Shown: positions 48,380 to 57,453 of the stretch, piece by piece
Layout of the letters: each line of letters opens with the position of its first letter
Position numbering within the stretch: position 1 is the first letter of the stretch
Virus record (IMG/VR): IMGVR_UViG_3300046169_000120
Location: 32,001 to 96,000 of that record
Reading direction: 5' to 3' (one strand)
Length of the DNA: 64,000 nt
From: a virus
Notes under the pieces: generated by a model
Databases searched by the model: none
The model's input: only the letters and a program-made list of their open reading frames with translations
Told to the model about the DNA's origin: nothing
Translations under genes and position numbers: made by a program

Positions 48380-49135
48380 TTAAGATGCGTTTGCAACTTG
48401 AGAAGTTAATCCGACTTGAGAGTCAAGAACTCCATGCAATGCAAGCGAACGACTTGGTAATTGTGTGATTCCACCTTTAAGAATGTGAGTGAATCCGTTG
48501 TAAAGCGAGTGCATGGTTCGAGGAGAAAAATCGTCATGTTCGGGTTTGTGCCATTGCTCGACAACATCAGCAATCTTTGCTTTGCTTATCGCTCCATTTT
48601 GGAATGCACGAATAACAAGGTCATGGGCTTGCTCGTTGTCAAGCTCATACTCTTTGTATGCCGAGATGCGTTGCTCGTCACTTGCCCATGTCTCAGTCAT
48701 CTTGCCGAGAGTCTTTGCAATCACTTGAGACAAGTCACGCAAAATGTGAGTGGTGTGCCGTCTTGCAAGAACAACTTCGTTGGTGAAGATAAGGTTTGAA
48801 CAAACGAATGGAGCGTTGCCCATGCACAATCCCGCAGGAAAACATTTGTCGTGCGAGTTGCGAAGACCAACAATAGTTCCACGCTCGTCATTGTCAACAC
48901 CTGTGTTCTTAACATGAAACAAGCCAAAGTAGCGTTGACCATAGCGATGAAGAGAGTGATAAGTTTTAACAATTTCCCAACCATTGCCTTGCATTTGTTT
49001 TTGCACACGATTAACAAGGTCAGCATGACCAATTGGTTGCCAAGACTCAGTCGCTTCGGGAGTTGTTACATTCTCAACATCCTTGAAGGAAGATTCTTTG
49101 GTTGCACATACGGAGAGATTGATTTCTTTTGTCAT
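48380..49135 (-). CDS. DUF932-family protein
   Basis: PI.H, G.RYFG, GLRNSHD, G...FVCSNL, RRHT, SLYNGFT; ATG 49135 likely. Confidence 0.8.
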   Translation of the reverse strand: MTKEINLSVCATKESSFKDVENVTTPEATESWQPIGHADLVNRVQKQMQGNGWEIVKTYHSLHRYGQRYFGLFHVKNTGVDNDERGTIVGLRNSHDKCFPAGLCMGNAPFVCSNLIFTNEVVLARRHTTHILRDLSQVIAKTLGKMTETWASDEQRISAYKEYELDNEQAHDLVIRAFQNGAISKAKIADVVEQWHKPEHDDFSPRTMHSLYNGFTHILKGGITQLPSRSLALHGVLDSQVGLTSQVANAS

Positions 49136-49341
49136 AATTTTTTTAGTGTTGTGAGTTTCTGTCTTTGATGAGTTAATTATACTAAAGTTTTTGTTTTCTG
49201 TCAAGCTTTTTTCTTTGCGATTAAGTTTTTTTTTATTCGACTAATTTTTTTCTTGTTCAGTTATCCTTATCTTTATGTATACAAGTATGTCAGAAAATGA
49301 AGTGAAGTCAACCTTTTTTTTCATGAAATGAAAGATTGTTG

Positions 49342-49418
49342 TAAGTTGTTGATGGTCAACGAGTTGCGCAACACGGGCCTAGGCGATTTTCTGTAAGTCG
49401 TTGTGTATCAAGGGAATG
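49342..49418. repeat. 77-bp element, copy 8 (core inverted relative to the other copies)
   Basis: TAAGTTGTTG-N5-CAACGAGTTG, CCTAGG at core positions 12-17, TAAGTCGTTG-N5-CAAGGGAATG. Confidence 0.9.
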
Positions 49419-50029
49419 TGGGCCTCTCGAGGAAATCTCGAGAAGCCCAACCCTTAACCAATCAAGCTCGTTTCTCTAAATCGTAGAGTTGATTCAGCAA
49501 GATGCCGTGAGCAAGCTTGCGAGCGAAATAACTTCCGCCCTTCATGCCTCGCATTTCTGCTTGAGCAAGTTGAAACCCAATCGTACGCAATTTTGCGTTA
49601 AGTTTAGCAATTCCGTTTGTGGACATAATTACCCTTTCGTTGGTTGTGAATAATGGTGATAAGCCCTTTCGGCTTCCGCTTGCGATTCAAAGGAAACGCT
49701 TAGTAAATCTTGAGTCGTATCAAGATGATAGTTTGTTGGCGACTCCTCAAAATACAAATCCCATGTATCTGCTTCTGAGTCGTAACTTGGTTTGTCTAAT
49801 GGTTCGCCAACACAAACCGCATCAATGTATTCTTTTCGTTCCATAATTTATTGTCCCCACATTTGGTTGTACATCTCAACATCAGTTTGGTTTTCTTGAA
49901 CCTCGAAATCTTCGTGTTCTTTGCCCAAACTGACTGAGCAATTGTCGCTAGTAATGATGATTCTACCTCCACCAACTATTGCTAGTCGTGCTTGTAAATC
50001 GTTAATGATGTTTTGTAGTTCTTCCATAA

Positions 50030-50449
50030 TCAATACCAACAAGAATAGTAGATTCTGTGCTTGTTGTCAAGTGCTTTTCTTGCACTTTCTACAAACATCA
50101 AGTCGTTGCTCTTATACCAATACTCGTTTTCGGGAAATGGTTCGTCATCTTCATTGTTCCAAAAGTACGAGTCACTTCCCCAAAAGAATCCGTTCGCTTC
50201 GGGAAACTCAAAATTGTTGATTGCATACTCCAAATCGTCAATGTCTTGTTTGGTCAACTGCAATTCAACGCAATTAAAATCTCCCATTTCATCACCTTCA
50301 GTTTGTGCATTTGGACAACCCTTGTTTTCCCAAAGTTGTTGCATCCAACCTTGTAGTCGATTGTGCTTTCGCCACTCCATCAGTTGAACATCGTCATCCG
50401 AGTTGCGTTTGCGTGGTGGTCGTGAGTATGCGTATTGGTCTAATCCCAT
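50030..50449 (-). CDS. Conserved phage hypothetical protein
   Basis: MGLDQY..WRKHN.L.GW..NC..L...D..GFF.G..YY.CW pattern. Confidence 0.8.
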   Translation of the reverse strand: MGLDQYAYSRPPRKRNSDDDVQLMEWRKHNRLQGWMQQLWENKGCPNAQTEGDEMGDFNCVELQLTKQDIDDLEYAINNFEFPEANGFFWGSDSYFWNNEDDEPFPENEYWYKSNDLMFVESARKALDNKHRIYYSCWY

Positions 50450-50838
50450 AGTTTTTTCCTTTCGTTTATAGTTGTGCGGATTGCATTGATCCTTCCATCA
50501 TAGCTTCTCTTTCGAGACTTTGCAAGTCTATAATGATGTCTGCGAGAACTTCTTCTGCTGATTGAGTAGTGAAACCTTTGACTCCAACTTGTTGACCTTT
50601 CTCAAGATTCATTCTGTCGAATGGATCTGCGTAGCGAAGATTGCCACTTACGATTTGTGCGATTTCTTGTCTAATTTGTGCTTGATTCATAATTACTTGC
50701 TCCAATCTACTTCGTTAAATTCAACCTCTCCATGCCCGAAAATCATCTCAAACATTTTTATCAAGTCGTTTGGAGATAAGTAGTCGAACTCATCGAGGAT
50801 TTCTTTTTTTAGTTGTGTTTTTGTCAATTGGTCTGTGT

Positions 50839-51228
50839 TCATAATACTGCTAATACTTGTTTGGGTTCTAGTCTGACGGCAATAGCATAGTCTACCATCT
50901 GTTGAGTGTCGGTGTCAACAAAATTCTTGTGCTTGTAGGGATTGTATGTGACAGGTCGAGCCGTTGGATGTGAGTCGATCCACTCGCCCGTTTGCCAATT
51001 CTCAAGATAACCATGCACACCCGCATGAACATTTTTGCGTTGTTCTGCTAGAACACGCTTGCGTCCCGATTGACTCACCTTGAAAGTGCAACTATGCATC
51101 GCAAGATTCTTTGCGTGAAGTTTAACCAATCCATTTTGACGAACACTCCAACAATCTCTGTGAAGATTCTTGTAGACAAATACAGGTCGATTGTAGTTTA
51201 TCTTGTATCGAGGTTCGTCCTTAATCAT
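50839..51228 (-). CDS. Conserved phage hypothetical protein
   Basis: VY.NLH..CWSVR..G.V, F.VSQSGR.RV..EQRKNVHA, V.YNPYK; promoter at 51235-51262. Confidence 0.8.
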   Translation of the reverse strand: MIKDEPRYKINYNRPVFVYKNLHRDCWSVRQNGLVKLHAKNLAMHSCTFKVSQSGRKRVLAEQRKNVHAGVHGYLENWQTGEWIDSHPTARPVTYNPYKHKNFVDTDTQQMVDYAIAVRLEPKQVLAVL

Positions 51229-51482
51229 AAGTTTAGTATGACAGAATTTTAAGTGATGTCAACCCTCTTTTTTAAGGTCGTCAACAAATTTAGCCAAACG
51301 CTTGAGTTCGGCAATGGCGTTTTGTTTGCAGGCGAAACCTGCTTTTTGGCTTTGCAAAATTTCTACACAAATCGAAACTGTTGCTTGCCATGAGGGAGTT
51401 GCATTAATTGTTTTCATAAATACAAGTATGACAGGCTGAGCGTGCAAGTCAATACTTTTTTTCGTGTTTTTAAAGATTGTTG

Positions 51483-51559
51483 TATCTTGTTGTGGTTCAA
51501 CAACTTAGGTAAAACTACCTACGCGATTTTCGCGCAACTCGTTGATATTCAACACTTTA
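51483..51559. repeat. 77-bp element, copy 9
   Basis: TATCTTGTTG-N5-CAACAACTTA, core with CCTACG, CAACTCGTTG-N5-CAACACTTTA. Confidence 0.9.
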
Positions 51560-51729
51560 TAACATTTTAATTTTTATGTTGATTTTTTAATTTTTATTGT
51601 TTTTTATAGTATCTTTTATTTTATACTATTATTTATTAGTTTATTATTTCTTATTTATGTCATTGTTATTTCCCCCCTCTGTATTTGATAAGAATGATAT
51701 TTGATATTTGTGTATTTGGTGTTTGGGGT

Positions 51730-51807
51730 TTACCAATTGCGAATATCGTCAATCATGCGGATTACTCCTACTATGCTACTAACTATTAGGATTGTAGTTA
51801 CGTCCAT
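51730..51807 (-). CDS. 25-aa membrane peptide, paralog of 45252-45338
   Basis: MDVTTILIVSSIVGVIRMIDDIRNW. Confidence 0.75.
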   Translation of the reverse strand: MDVTTILIVSSIVGVIRMIDDIRNW

Positions 51808-52410
51808 TTATTGTGTTTTGCTGTATTGTTTCCAAATTTCAAGATCAAGATCAGTGACGCTCTTGCCAAGTTGGCGAGCTATGTTTTTAAAGATGTTCGC
51901 AAAATAGTAATAGGTGTTCTCGTTGCTTGGCGTGCTTTTTGGTGCATCTGCATACCCTTGGTCACGAAGAAAACGCAGTATGTGTGTGTCAAGCATCGGC
52001 TCATCAAAGTCCTCACGACTATGAGAAAGAAAGAATCGTGCGGTCTTAAGTCCAATCCCTGGAACCTCCAACAAACGATTCAAGGATACACTCTGGAGAT
52101 CTTTAATTTTAGACACAGCAACATAAGAATTGTATCTCTGAGCATACGGACTCAGCTTTGCCCAATGCATGATTTCATTTAGACGCCCGAGTTTAATTAA
52201 AGCACGAATGGAATCAAAAGGAGATGAATCCTTCATGAGTTCTGATTTGCGATGCTTTGATGCAACATCTTTTGCTCGTTCAAGAAACACCTCTAATTTG
52301 GGTGCTTCGATTGAACTTTTTTTGCCAGCGACATTGATGCAAAATAGTATGAACTCTTGTAGTTCAGATTGTGTTCTGTTGTAATTTGTTACTTCGGCGG
52401 GATTAATCAT
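51808..52410 (-). CDS. HhH DNA glycosylase (Ogg-like)
   Basis: LLEVPGIGLKTARFFL hairpin with Lys, LDTHILRFL with Asp, LDLEIW. Confidence 0.8.
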   Translation of the reverse strand: MINPAEVTNYNRTQSELQEFILFCINVAGKKSSIEAPKLEVFLERAKDVASKHRKSELMKDSSPFDSIRALIKLGRLNEIMHWAKLSPYAQRYNSYVAVSKIKDLQSVSLNRLLEVPGIGLKTARFFLSHSREDFDEPMLDTHILRFLRDQGYADAPKSTPSNENTYYYFANIFKNIARQLGKSVTDLDLEIWKQYSKTQ

Positions 52411-52428
52411 ATCTTTTTTTGTGTTAGG

Positions 52429-52683
52429 TTATTGTGCAATGTGAAGTGCTGTACGAAGATTGTTGCAATCGCCTGAAGATAAAAATACTTCTCGGCAATA
52501 GTCTAAATTTTCTCGTTCGACTCGCTCGATAGTTTTAACTGCTTGATAAGCATGAACTCGTTCTCGAGGTAGTCCGCCCCACTTGATAACCACTTTCATG
52601 TGTGGAAAATGCTCGGCAATCTCTGCGAGTTGTGCTTTGTTGATGTATCCCCAATTGGCAAGTATGTCTTTTAATGTCTGCAT
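52429..52683 (-). CDS. Hypothetical protein
   Basis: 84 aa; ATG 7 nt after TTGACA-N16-CATACT (52691-52718). Confidence 0.7.
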   Translation of the reverse strand: MQTLKDILANWGYINKAQLAEIAEHFPHMKVVIKWGGLPRERVHAYQAVKTIERVERENLDYCREVFLSSGDCNNLRTALHIAQ

Positions 52684-52719
52684 GATTACTAGTATGACAG
52701 ATTGTTTGTACTTGTCAAC

Positions 52720-52770
52720 AAAAAAGTCCCATTCGAGCCGAAGGGGTGGAGGGAGGCTCGAACAGGACTT
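52720..52770 (-). terminator. Long hairpin terminator closing the ncRNA unit
   Basis: AGTCC..TTCGAGCC-loop-GGCTCGAA..GGACT plus U-run. Confidence 0.7.
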
Positions 52771-52791
52771 AAGGGATGATTAAGAAATAGG

Positions 52792-52968
52792 TGTGGGGAG
52801 GGACTACTAAATACCCTCGACTTTCGGTGTGAACTTTAGTTCTATGTATACCTAATCGCACTACGCTTGGATTGGAAAATCCTACCTCAGACATTCGCCC
52901 ATCGGCACTTCACCACAAAGAAACGCATACCTTATCTCGAACACAAAGAGATTGCTCGGTCACCCACA
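52792..52968 (-). ncRNA. Candidate structured non-coding RNA (~180 nt)
   Basis: GC-richer island with no long ORF, ends pair (UGUGGG/CCCACA), T-arm-like 3' hairpin; own promoter, boxA-like site and terminator. Confidence 0.65.
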
Positions 52969-53059
52969 GGAAGGATTATAAGCCCTTCCAAAATTTTTAA
53001 AATGTAAAAGATCAATTATTTTATTTGATTGAGTTTGTTTCTCAATTATTTATACAAGT

Positions 53060-53088
53060 ATTATACTATATTATTTGTTATTTGTCAA
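53060..53088 (-). promoter_or_regulatory. Consensus sigma70 promoter driving the ncRNA; boxA-like TGATCTTTTACA at 53003-53014
   Basis: TTGACA-N17-TATAAT exact. Confidence 0.8.
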
Positions 53089-53188
53089 GGATTATTTTTT
53101 GTAAATTATAATCTTTTGCAAATTGTTCATCTCTTTTCATACTACTTACAATAATAATATTTTCTGATACATAGATTGGCATAATGCT

Positions 53189-53455
53189 TTAATTTATCAT
53201 TTGAGACTTAACATACATACCAAGTGCCACAAGTACTATAGTTAATACGAATGGTATAAGTCCGAAGGTAATAGCTTTAGTATTCTTAGACATGAATCCA
53301 AGAGATGCTCCGACCAATCCTCCAATTCCCGCTAATACAATAGGTAATCCACCAACAATTTTCATGCTCACAAGAATGAATGTGACAAAAAAAGAAATGA
53401 GTGATATTAGGCTAATTTGCCCTGCTAATTTTGAGTTTTTTGATTGTTCTGTCAT
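53189..53455 (-). CDS. Small 3-TM membrane protein
   Basis: Three hydrophobic segments. Confidence 0.6.
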   Translation of the reverse strand: MTEQSKNSKLAGQISLISLISFFVTFILVSMKIVGGLPIVLAGIGGLVGASLGFMSKNTKAITFGLIPFVLTIVLVALGMYVKSQMIN

Positions 53456-53459
53456 AAGG

Positions 53460-53748
53460 TTATAGTTTACTATAAATTGTATTGTTTGTCAAGTATTGTT
53501 TTTTAAAAATTGTAACTTTTTCGCAAGCTGTACAAGTTGATCGTCCGCATTTCGGTACTGCATAATCATTTATCGATACATTTTGTTTGCTATTTGATCC
53601 GCAACTAGATAAAAAAATTAATGCAATTAAGTATAATTTATTCACTTTCACAATTTACGCATCCTCTATGTTCATAAGGACACACATCGTTGTTACAATT
53701 ATCATCCGCACAACTAGATAAAAAAAATAATAATATTAAATATTTCAT
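53460..53748 (-). CDS. Two tandem small Cys-rich lipoproteins (53638-53748 and 53460-53651)
   Basis: Both have an FLSSC lipobox and a late CxxC. Confidence 0.55.
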
Positions 53749-53896
53749 TAGTTTGGTAATAATAATGTTTTTAATTGTTGTATTGTTCTATTGGTTAATA
53801 AAGATAATTGTTCTAGTGTGATGTTCCAATTTGTATCGTAGAGATGTTCAATCTCTGCATCAGTCCATTGTTCGGGCAATTTGAATATATCTAACT

Positions 53897-54106
53897 TCAT
53901 GCAAATTTTCGTTTGGCTAGACGCATCGCACGCTCGGCTTTAATTTCTGCGAGGCGTTGTTGTGCTTCTGCTTGTTGTGCGAAGATACTATCTGTTACGA
54001 CACTACCAAAGTTGGCAAACTTGCCTCGTTTGTTGACGCTTGTATACTTGCCGTTTTGAATGTCAGTCATTACCTGTGATGCTCGTGCGTTTTTTGCAAT
54101 ACTCAT
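53897..54106 (-). CDS. Hypothetical basic protein
   Basis: 69 aa, AAGG SD, own TGn-CATACT promoter. Confidence 0.7.
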   Translation of the reverse strand: MSIAKNARASQVMTDIQNGKYTSVNKRGKFANFGSVVTDSIFAQQAEAQQRLAEIKAERAMRLAKRKFA

Positions 54107-54733
54107 TTTGTTTTTCCTTTTGTTAGCAATTATTGGTTGATGTTGTCTAGTATGACAGACTATTCGTTTTTGTCAAGTCTTTTTTTGTTGAACTTGCTTT
54201 TTCCGCCAAATGCCCCTGTTTTAGTGGCAACTCCACCCTTTGCTCCGACTTTGCCTCGTCCGCTCTTCTTTTTTCCTACAATATACTTTCTTGGATTTAT
54301 TTGATTCATAATTTTCTATATTTTTTTGTTTAATTAATCGGGGGCAATATATTTGAGGCTTTATTTGTGTTTATTTGCTTTACTTTTATTTGTTCTTCAC
54401 TAAACCATTTAACACAATAACCTAATAAAAAACTTGGTACAATTATGCACATTAAAATTATTATCGTTTCAATCATTATCTATGTATTTTTCGTATATAT
54501 ACAATCCTATTATTATAAAAATAATAAAACTAAAAATTTCATTCATTTGTTTCTTAATATTTGAGCTATTAGTATTAGAGTTTCATTTATTTTGTTTAAC
54601 TCTATTCGTACATCATCTGTGTATCCATTTGATATAGATATTTGTTCTTTTATTTTGTCGAGTTCTTTTGCAATTTGTTTCATGGTATATAATATATTGT
54701 ATATTTGCAAATGTGTCAAGCAAAAAAAGAATT

Positions 54734-54807
54734 TGGCAGACCGACAGGGATTTGAACCCCGACTAGAGGTACCAAAAACCTCTGTGCTACCATTACACCA
54801 TCAGTCT
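54734..54807 (-). tRNA. tRNA-Gln(UUG)
   Basis: AGACTGA/TCGGTCT acceptor, GAGGT-TTTTGGT-ACCTC arm, GGTTCAAATCC, CCA. Confidence 0.92.
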
Positions 54808-54816
54808 GTAAAGAAT

Positions 54817-54894
54817 TGGCGGGATAGACGAGACTCGAACTCGCGACCTTCTGCGTGACAGGCAGACGCTCTAACCAAACTGAGCTACTACCCC
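54817..54894 (-). tRNA. tRNA-Asp(GUC)
   Basis: GGGGTAG/CTATCCC acceptor, TCTGC-CTGTCAC-GCAGA arm, GTTCGAGTC, CCA. Confidence 0.95.
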
Positions 54895-55619
54895 CAATCC
54901 ACCCACAATTACACTAAAAATTTTATTTAATTATTTATAAATTCGGGACTCTCTGTCCACATACCCTTGGCTCGCTTGCCGTTATTTGTTTTGAGGTTGA
55001 TTGTTGCGTACAAGTGTTCAAGCATTGCCCTGTCATCTTCTTTTTCTTTATTTGATGTTTTATTTTTTGCAATTATTTTATTTATATCATCTAATATATG
55101 GTCTATTTCTCTTCTTGTGTGCATTGTATTATATTGTATATTGTTATTTTGTTATTTCGCTTAAATAATTGTATAAATTTCTACATTCTATTATTGATTT
55201 GTTTGTATTATTTTGTTTTAATTGAAATTCCATGCTTTGTTGCATCATCATTACATCTTGTATCTGCTCGTCAGAGTATAAATGTATATCTTTTGCTAGT
55301 GTTTCGACTATAAATAACTTTTTTCAAGCATCTCTTCGGCATGAGGATCATTATCCTCCATTATTGCGTAATCTCCTCAAGATATTCTAGCGTGTGCTTA
55401 GCTTCCCACAAGGCTTTCTCTTCATCGCCCAACTGCACATAAAAATTCATGCTATTATTATGTATATTCAGTTGTTCTGCTTGGTCTTTTGTTAATTTGC
55501 TTATCTTGTTTTGAAAGATTTCAACTATTTCAATACTTATTCTTTGTAGTTCAGTCATAATATACTATATACAATACAATACGAATATGAGATTGTCAAC
55601 AATAAAATGAAATATTATA

Positions 55620-55644
55620 CAATATATTGATAATCAATGACTTA
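55620..55644. promoter_or_regulatory. Solo 25-bp dyad IHF-consensus palindrome
   Basis: CAATATATTG-ATAAT-CAATGACTTA, 20 bp upstream of a leftward TTGACA. Confidence 0.6.
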
Positions 55645-56227
55645 TGATAGTATTATTTGAGATCGCTTGGAAATCCGTGACTATTTCGTACCACTTCTTT
55701 AGACTCGCCCGAATCACACTCTTTTTTTGATTCATTTAGCACAATCGCACGAAATATTTGATGCAGTTGCGAGGTCGCTCGGCACACCTGTATATAACTT
55801 ATTTTTGTTATTTGTATTATTGTATAGAGAAATTTATATACTTTAGTCATTTTTATTATTTATTTATTAGTTTTTTGTATCAAATTATACTATATTTAAT
55901 AGTAATTTATTTTGAGTTTTTTTATTTTGCACCAATTTTAATTATAAAAACTGATTTAATTGTATCAATTATTTTATATATTTAGGTCGGGCAACCCACT
56001 TTACCCCATTTTCTACCACATTACAACACATTATTATTGTTTATTTATTGTATTATTGTTTATTATTGATTATTGTATATATTGTATATTCCTATATAGA
56101 ATGCGTACATATAAAGTATATTGTTATGAGTCAATAGAATAATGTGAGAAGGGGATGTATTGGCTAAAGCGAGAAGACAACAACAAAATATAGTAAAACA
56201 TATGTAACTGATATGTAGCACATATGG

Positions 56228-57412
56228 TTACTCATAGTTTCTAAATGATATTGCATATGGAAAGCGTGGAATTCCATCGGGAGTAAGTTGGAAATACTTT
56301 ATGGTTGCCAACTGACCAATATACTCTTTGCGATTGTCGTAGATTTCCTTGAGGTAATCAAAGTTACCTTTGATGTTTGAGTTGAAGGTTCTCTTGGTTT
56401 TCTCGCAATAACACACAAGATGCTTTGCAGTACCACTACGATTGCCATTACCAATGTCAATATCAACAACACGATATTCTGCATCCACAAATTCTTTTCT
56501 TTTCAATAATGATTTGCTTCTTTTGTTTTCATAACTTGATAATGATTTGCGTACCATTTGACCTTCATATCCTTGTTCAAGATATTGATTGTATAAATTG
56601 TTTAGATTGCCAAGAGTATATGCTTCGTTGGTTTCAACAAGATGAATGTGCTTGCTTTGAACAAGATGTGCTTGCAATTCTTCGATGCGATGATCGAACG
56701 AATGTTTTTCTGCGATTACATCATTGATTCTTGGAGCATCATAAATGTGATATTGTATTGTATCTTCTGCTTCCGCTAATCGTTCTTGAAATTCTGTGCA
56801 TTTCTTGGCAAATGCTTTGTCAGTCATCTTGGATGATTGAATTGGCTTTTGCTTGCGAACAAGGGAAGTAATTTTATTGAAGTTGTCCCGCAAATCGTGA
56901 TTGTATAGTTCTCCATCGAGAATTGCCGTTGGATGGGCGAGGAAGAACCCATTTAGGCTTTTAAGGATGTGAGGAATACACTCTATCTCTTTGCCATTGC
57001 GAGTTCGTCCTACGAGCTTGTCACCCTCTTTGCGTACAACGCAACGAATTCCATCCAATTTTGGTTGCGAATAGCAAGGATACGCAATTTCACCTTGACG
57101 ATCCTTGAAATTGTGTGCAAGCATCGGCTCATAGAACTTTTTTTTCTGTGCATCTATTGGATCAAGAGCATATCCACTATCCAATTTCTTTTGAAATTTA
57201 GCTTGAGCTTGCAATTCTGCTTGACTTTCGGGAGTCGTTTCATTGCTTCGTCCAACATTCTTGGCGATTGTGGTTGTAGCCTTGTCGGTAGTCTTTTTGC
57301 CATCTACTAATCCTTTGACTGCATAAAATGATGCACCATCAATGTGCATTGTCCATTCACGCAATTTACCTTTAGTATCTACTTTATATAATGTCTGCAA
57401 TGTTTTCGTCAT
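56228..57412 (-). CDS. ATP-dependent DNA ligase
   Basis: PMLA, QPKLDGIR, LDGELY, YHIYD, EGQMVR, LLKRK, GIPRFP. Confidence 0.93.
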   Translation of the reverse strand: MTKTLQTLYKVDTKGKLREWTMHIDGASFYAVKGLVDGKKTTDKATTTIAKNVGRSNETTPESQAELQAQAKFQKKLDSGYALDPIDAQKKKFYEPMLAHNFKDRQGEIAYPCYSQPKLDGIRCVVRKEGDKLVGRTRNGKEIECIPHILKSLNGFFLAHPTAILDGELYNHDLRDNFNKITSLVRKQKPIQSSKMTDKAFAKKCTEFQERLAEAEDTIQYHIYDAPRINDVIAEKHSFDHRIEELQAHLVQSKHIHLVETNEAYTLGNLNNLYNQYLEQGYEGQMVRKSLSSYENKRSKSLLKRKEFVDAEYRVVDIDIGNGNRSGTAKHLVCYCEKTKRTFNSNIKGNFDYLKEIYDNRKEYIGQLATIKYFQLTPDGIPRFPYAISFRNYE

Positions 57413-57453
57413 GTTTATAATAATAGGGCAACATCAAAATGATGTCAAGCCTT

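Noticed and set aside
41152-51559. CRISPR array reading of the repeats
   Set aside because: Repeats occur only in pairs, the 27-bp cores resemble each other, pairs are 0.7-2.1 kb apart, and no cas genes are visible.
41152-51559. Integron attC sites or conserved RNA hairpins
   Set aside because: No consistent RYYYAAC/GTTRRRY ends and no integrase seen. The arms carry systematic mismatches (CAACGACTTA versus TAACTCGTTG) without compensatory change, favouring a dsDNA protein-binding site. Not formally excluded.
52792-52968. tmRNA or intron-containing tRNA
   Set aside because: Too short for tmRNA, no TTCRA T-loop, no encoded CCA and no evident tag frame.
54434-56142. Plus-strand hydrophobic ORFs (54434, 54592, 55098, 55758, 55960)
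   Set aside because: By-products of T-rich sequence, antisense to tRNAs and to promoter-supported minus-strand genes.
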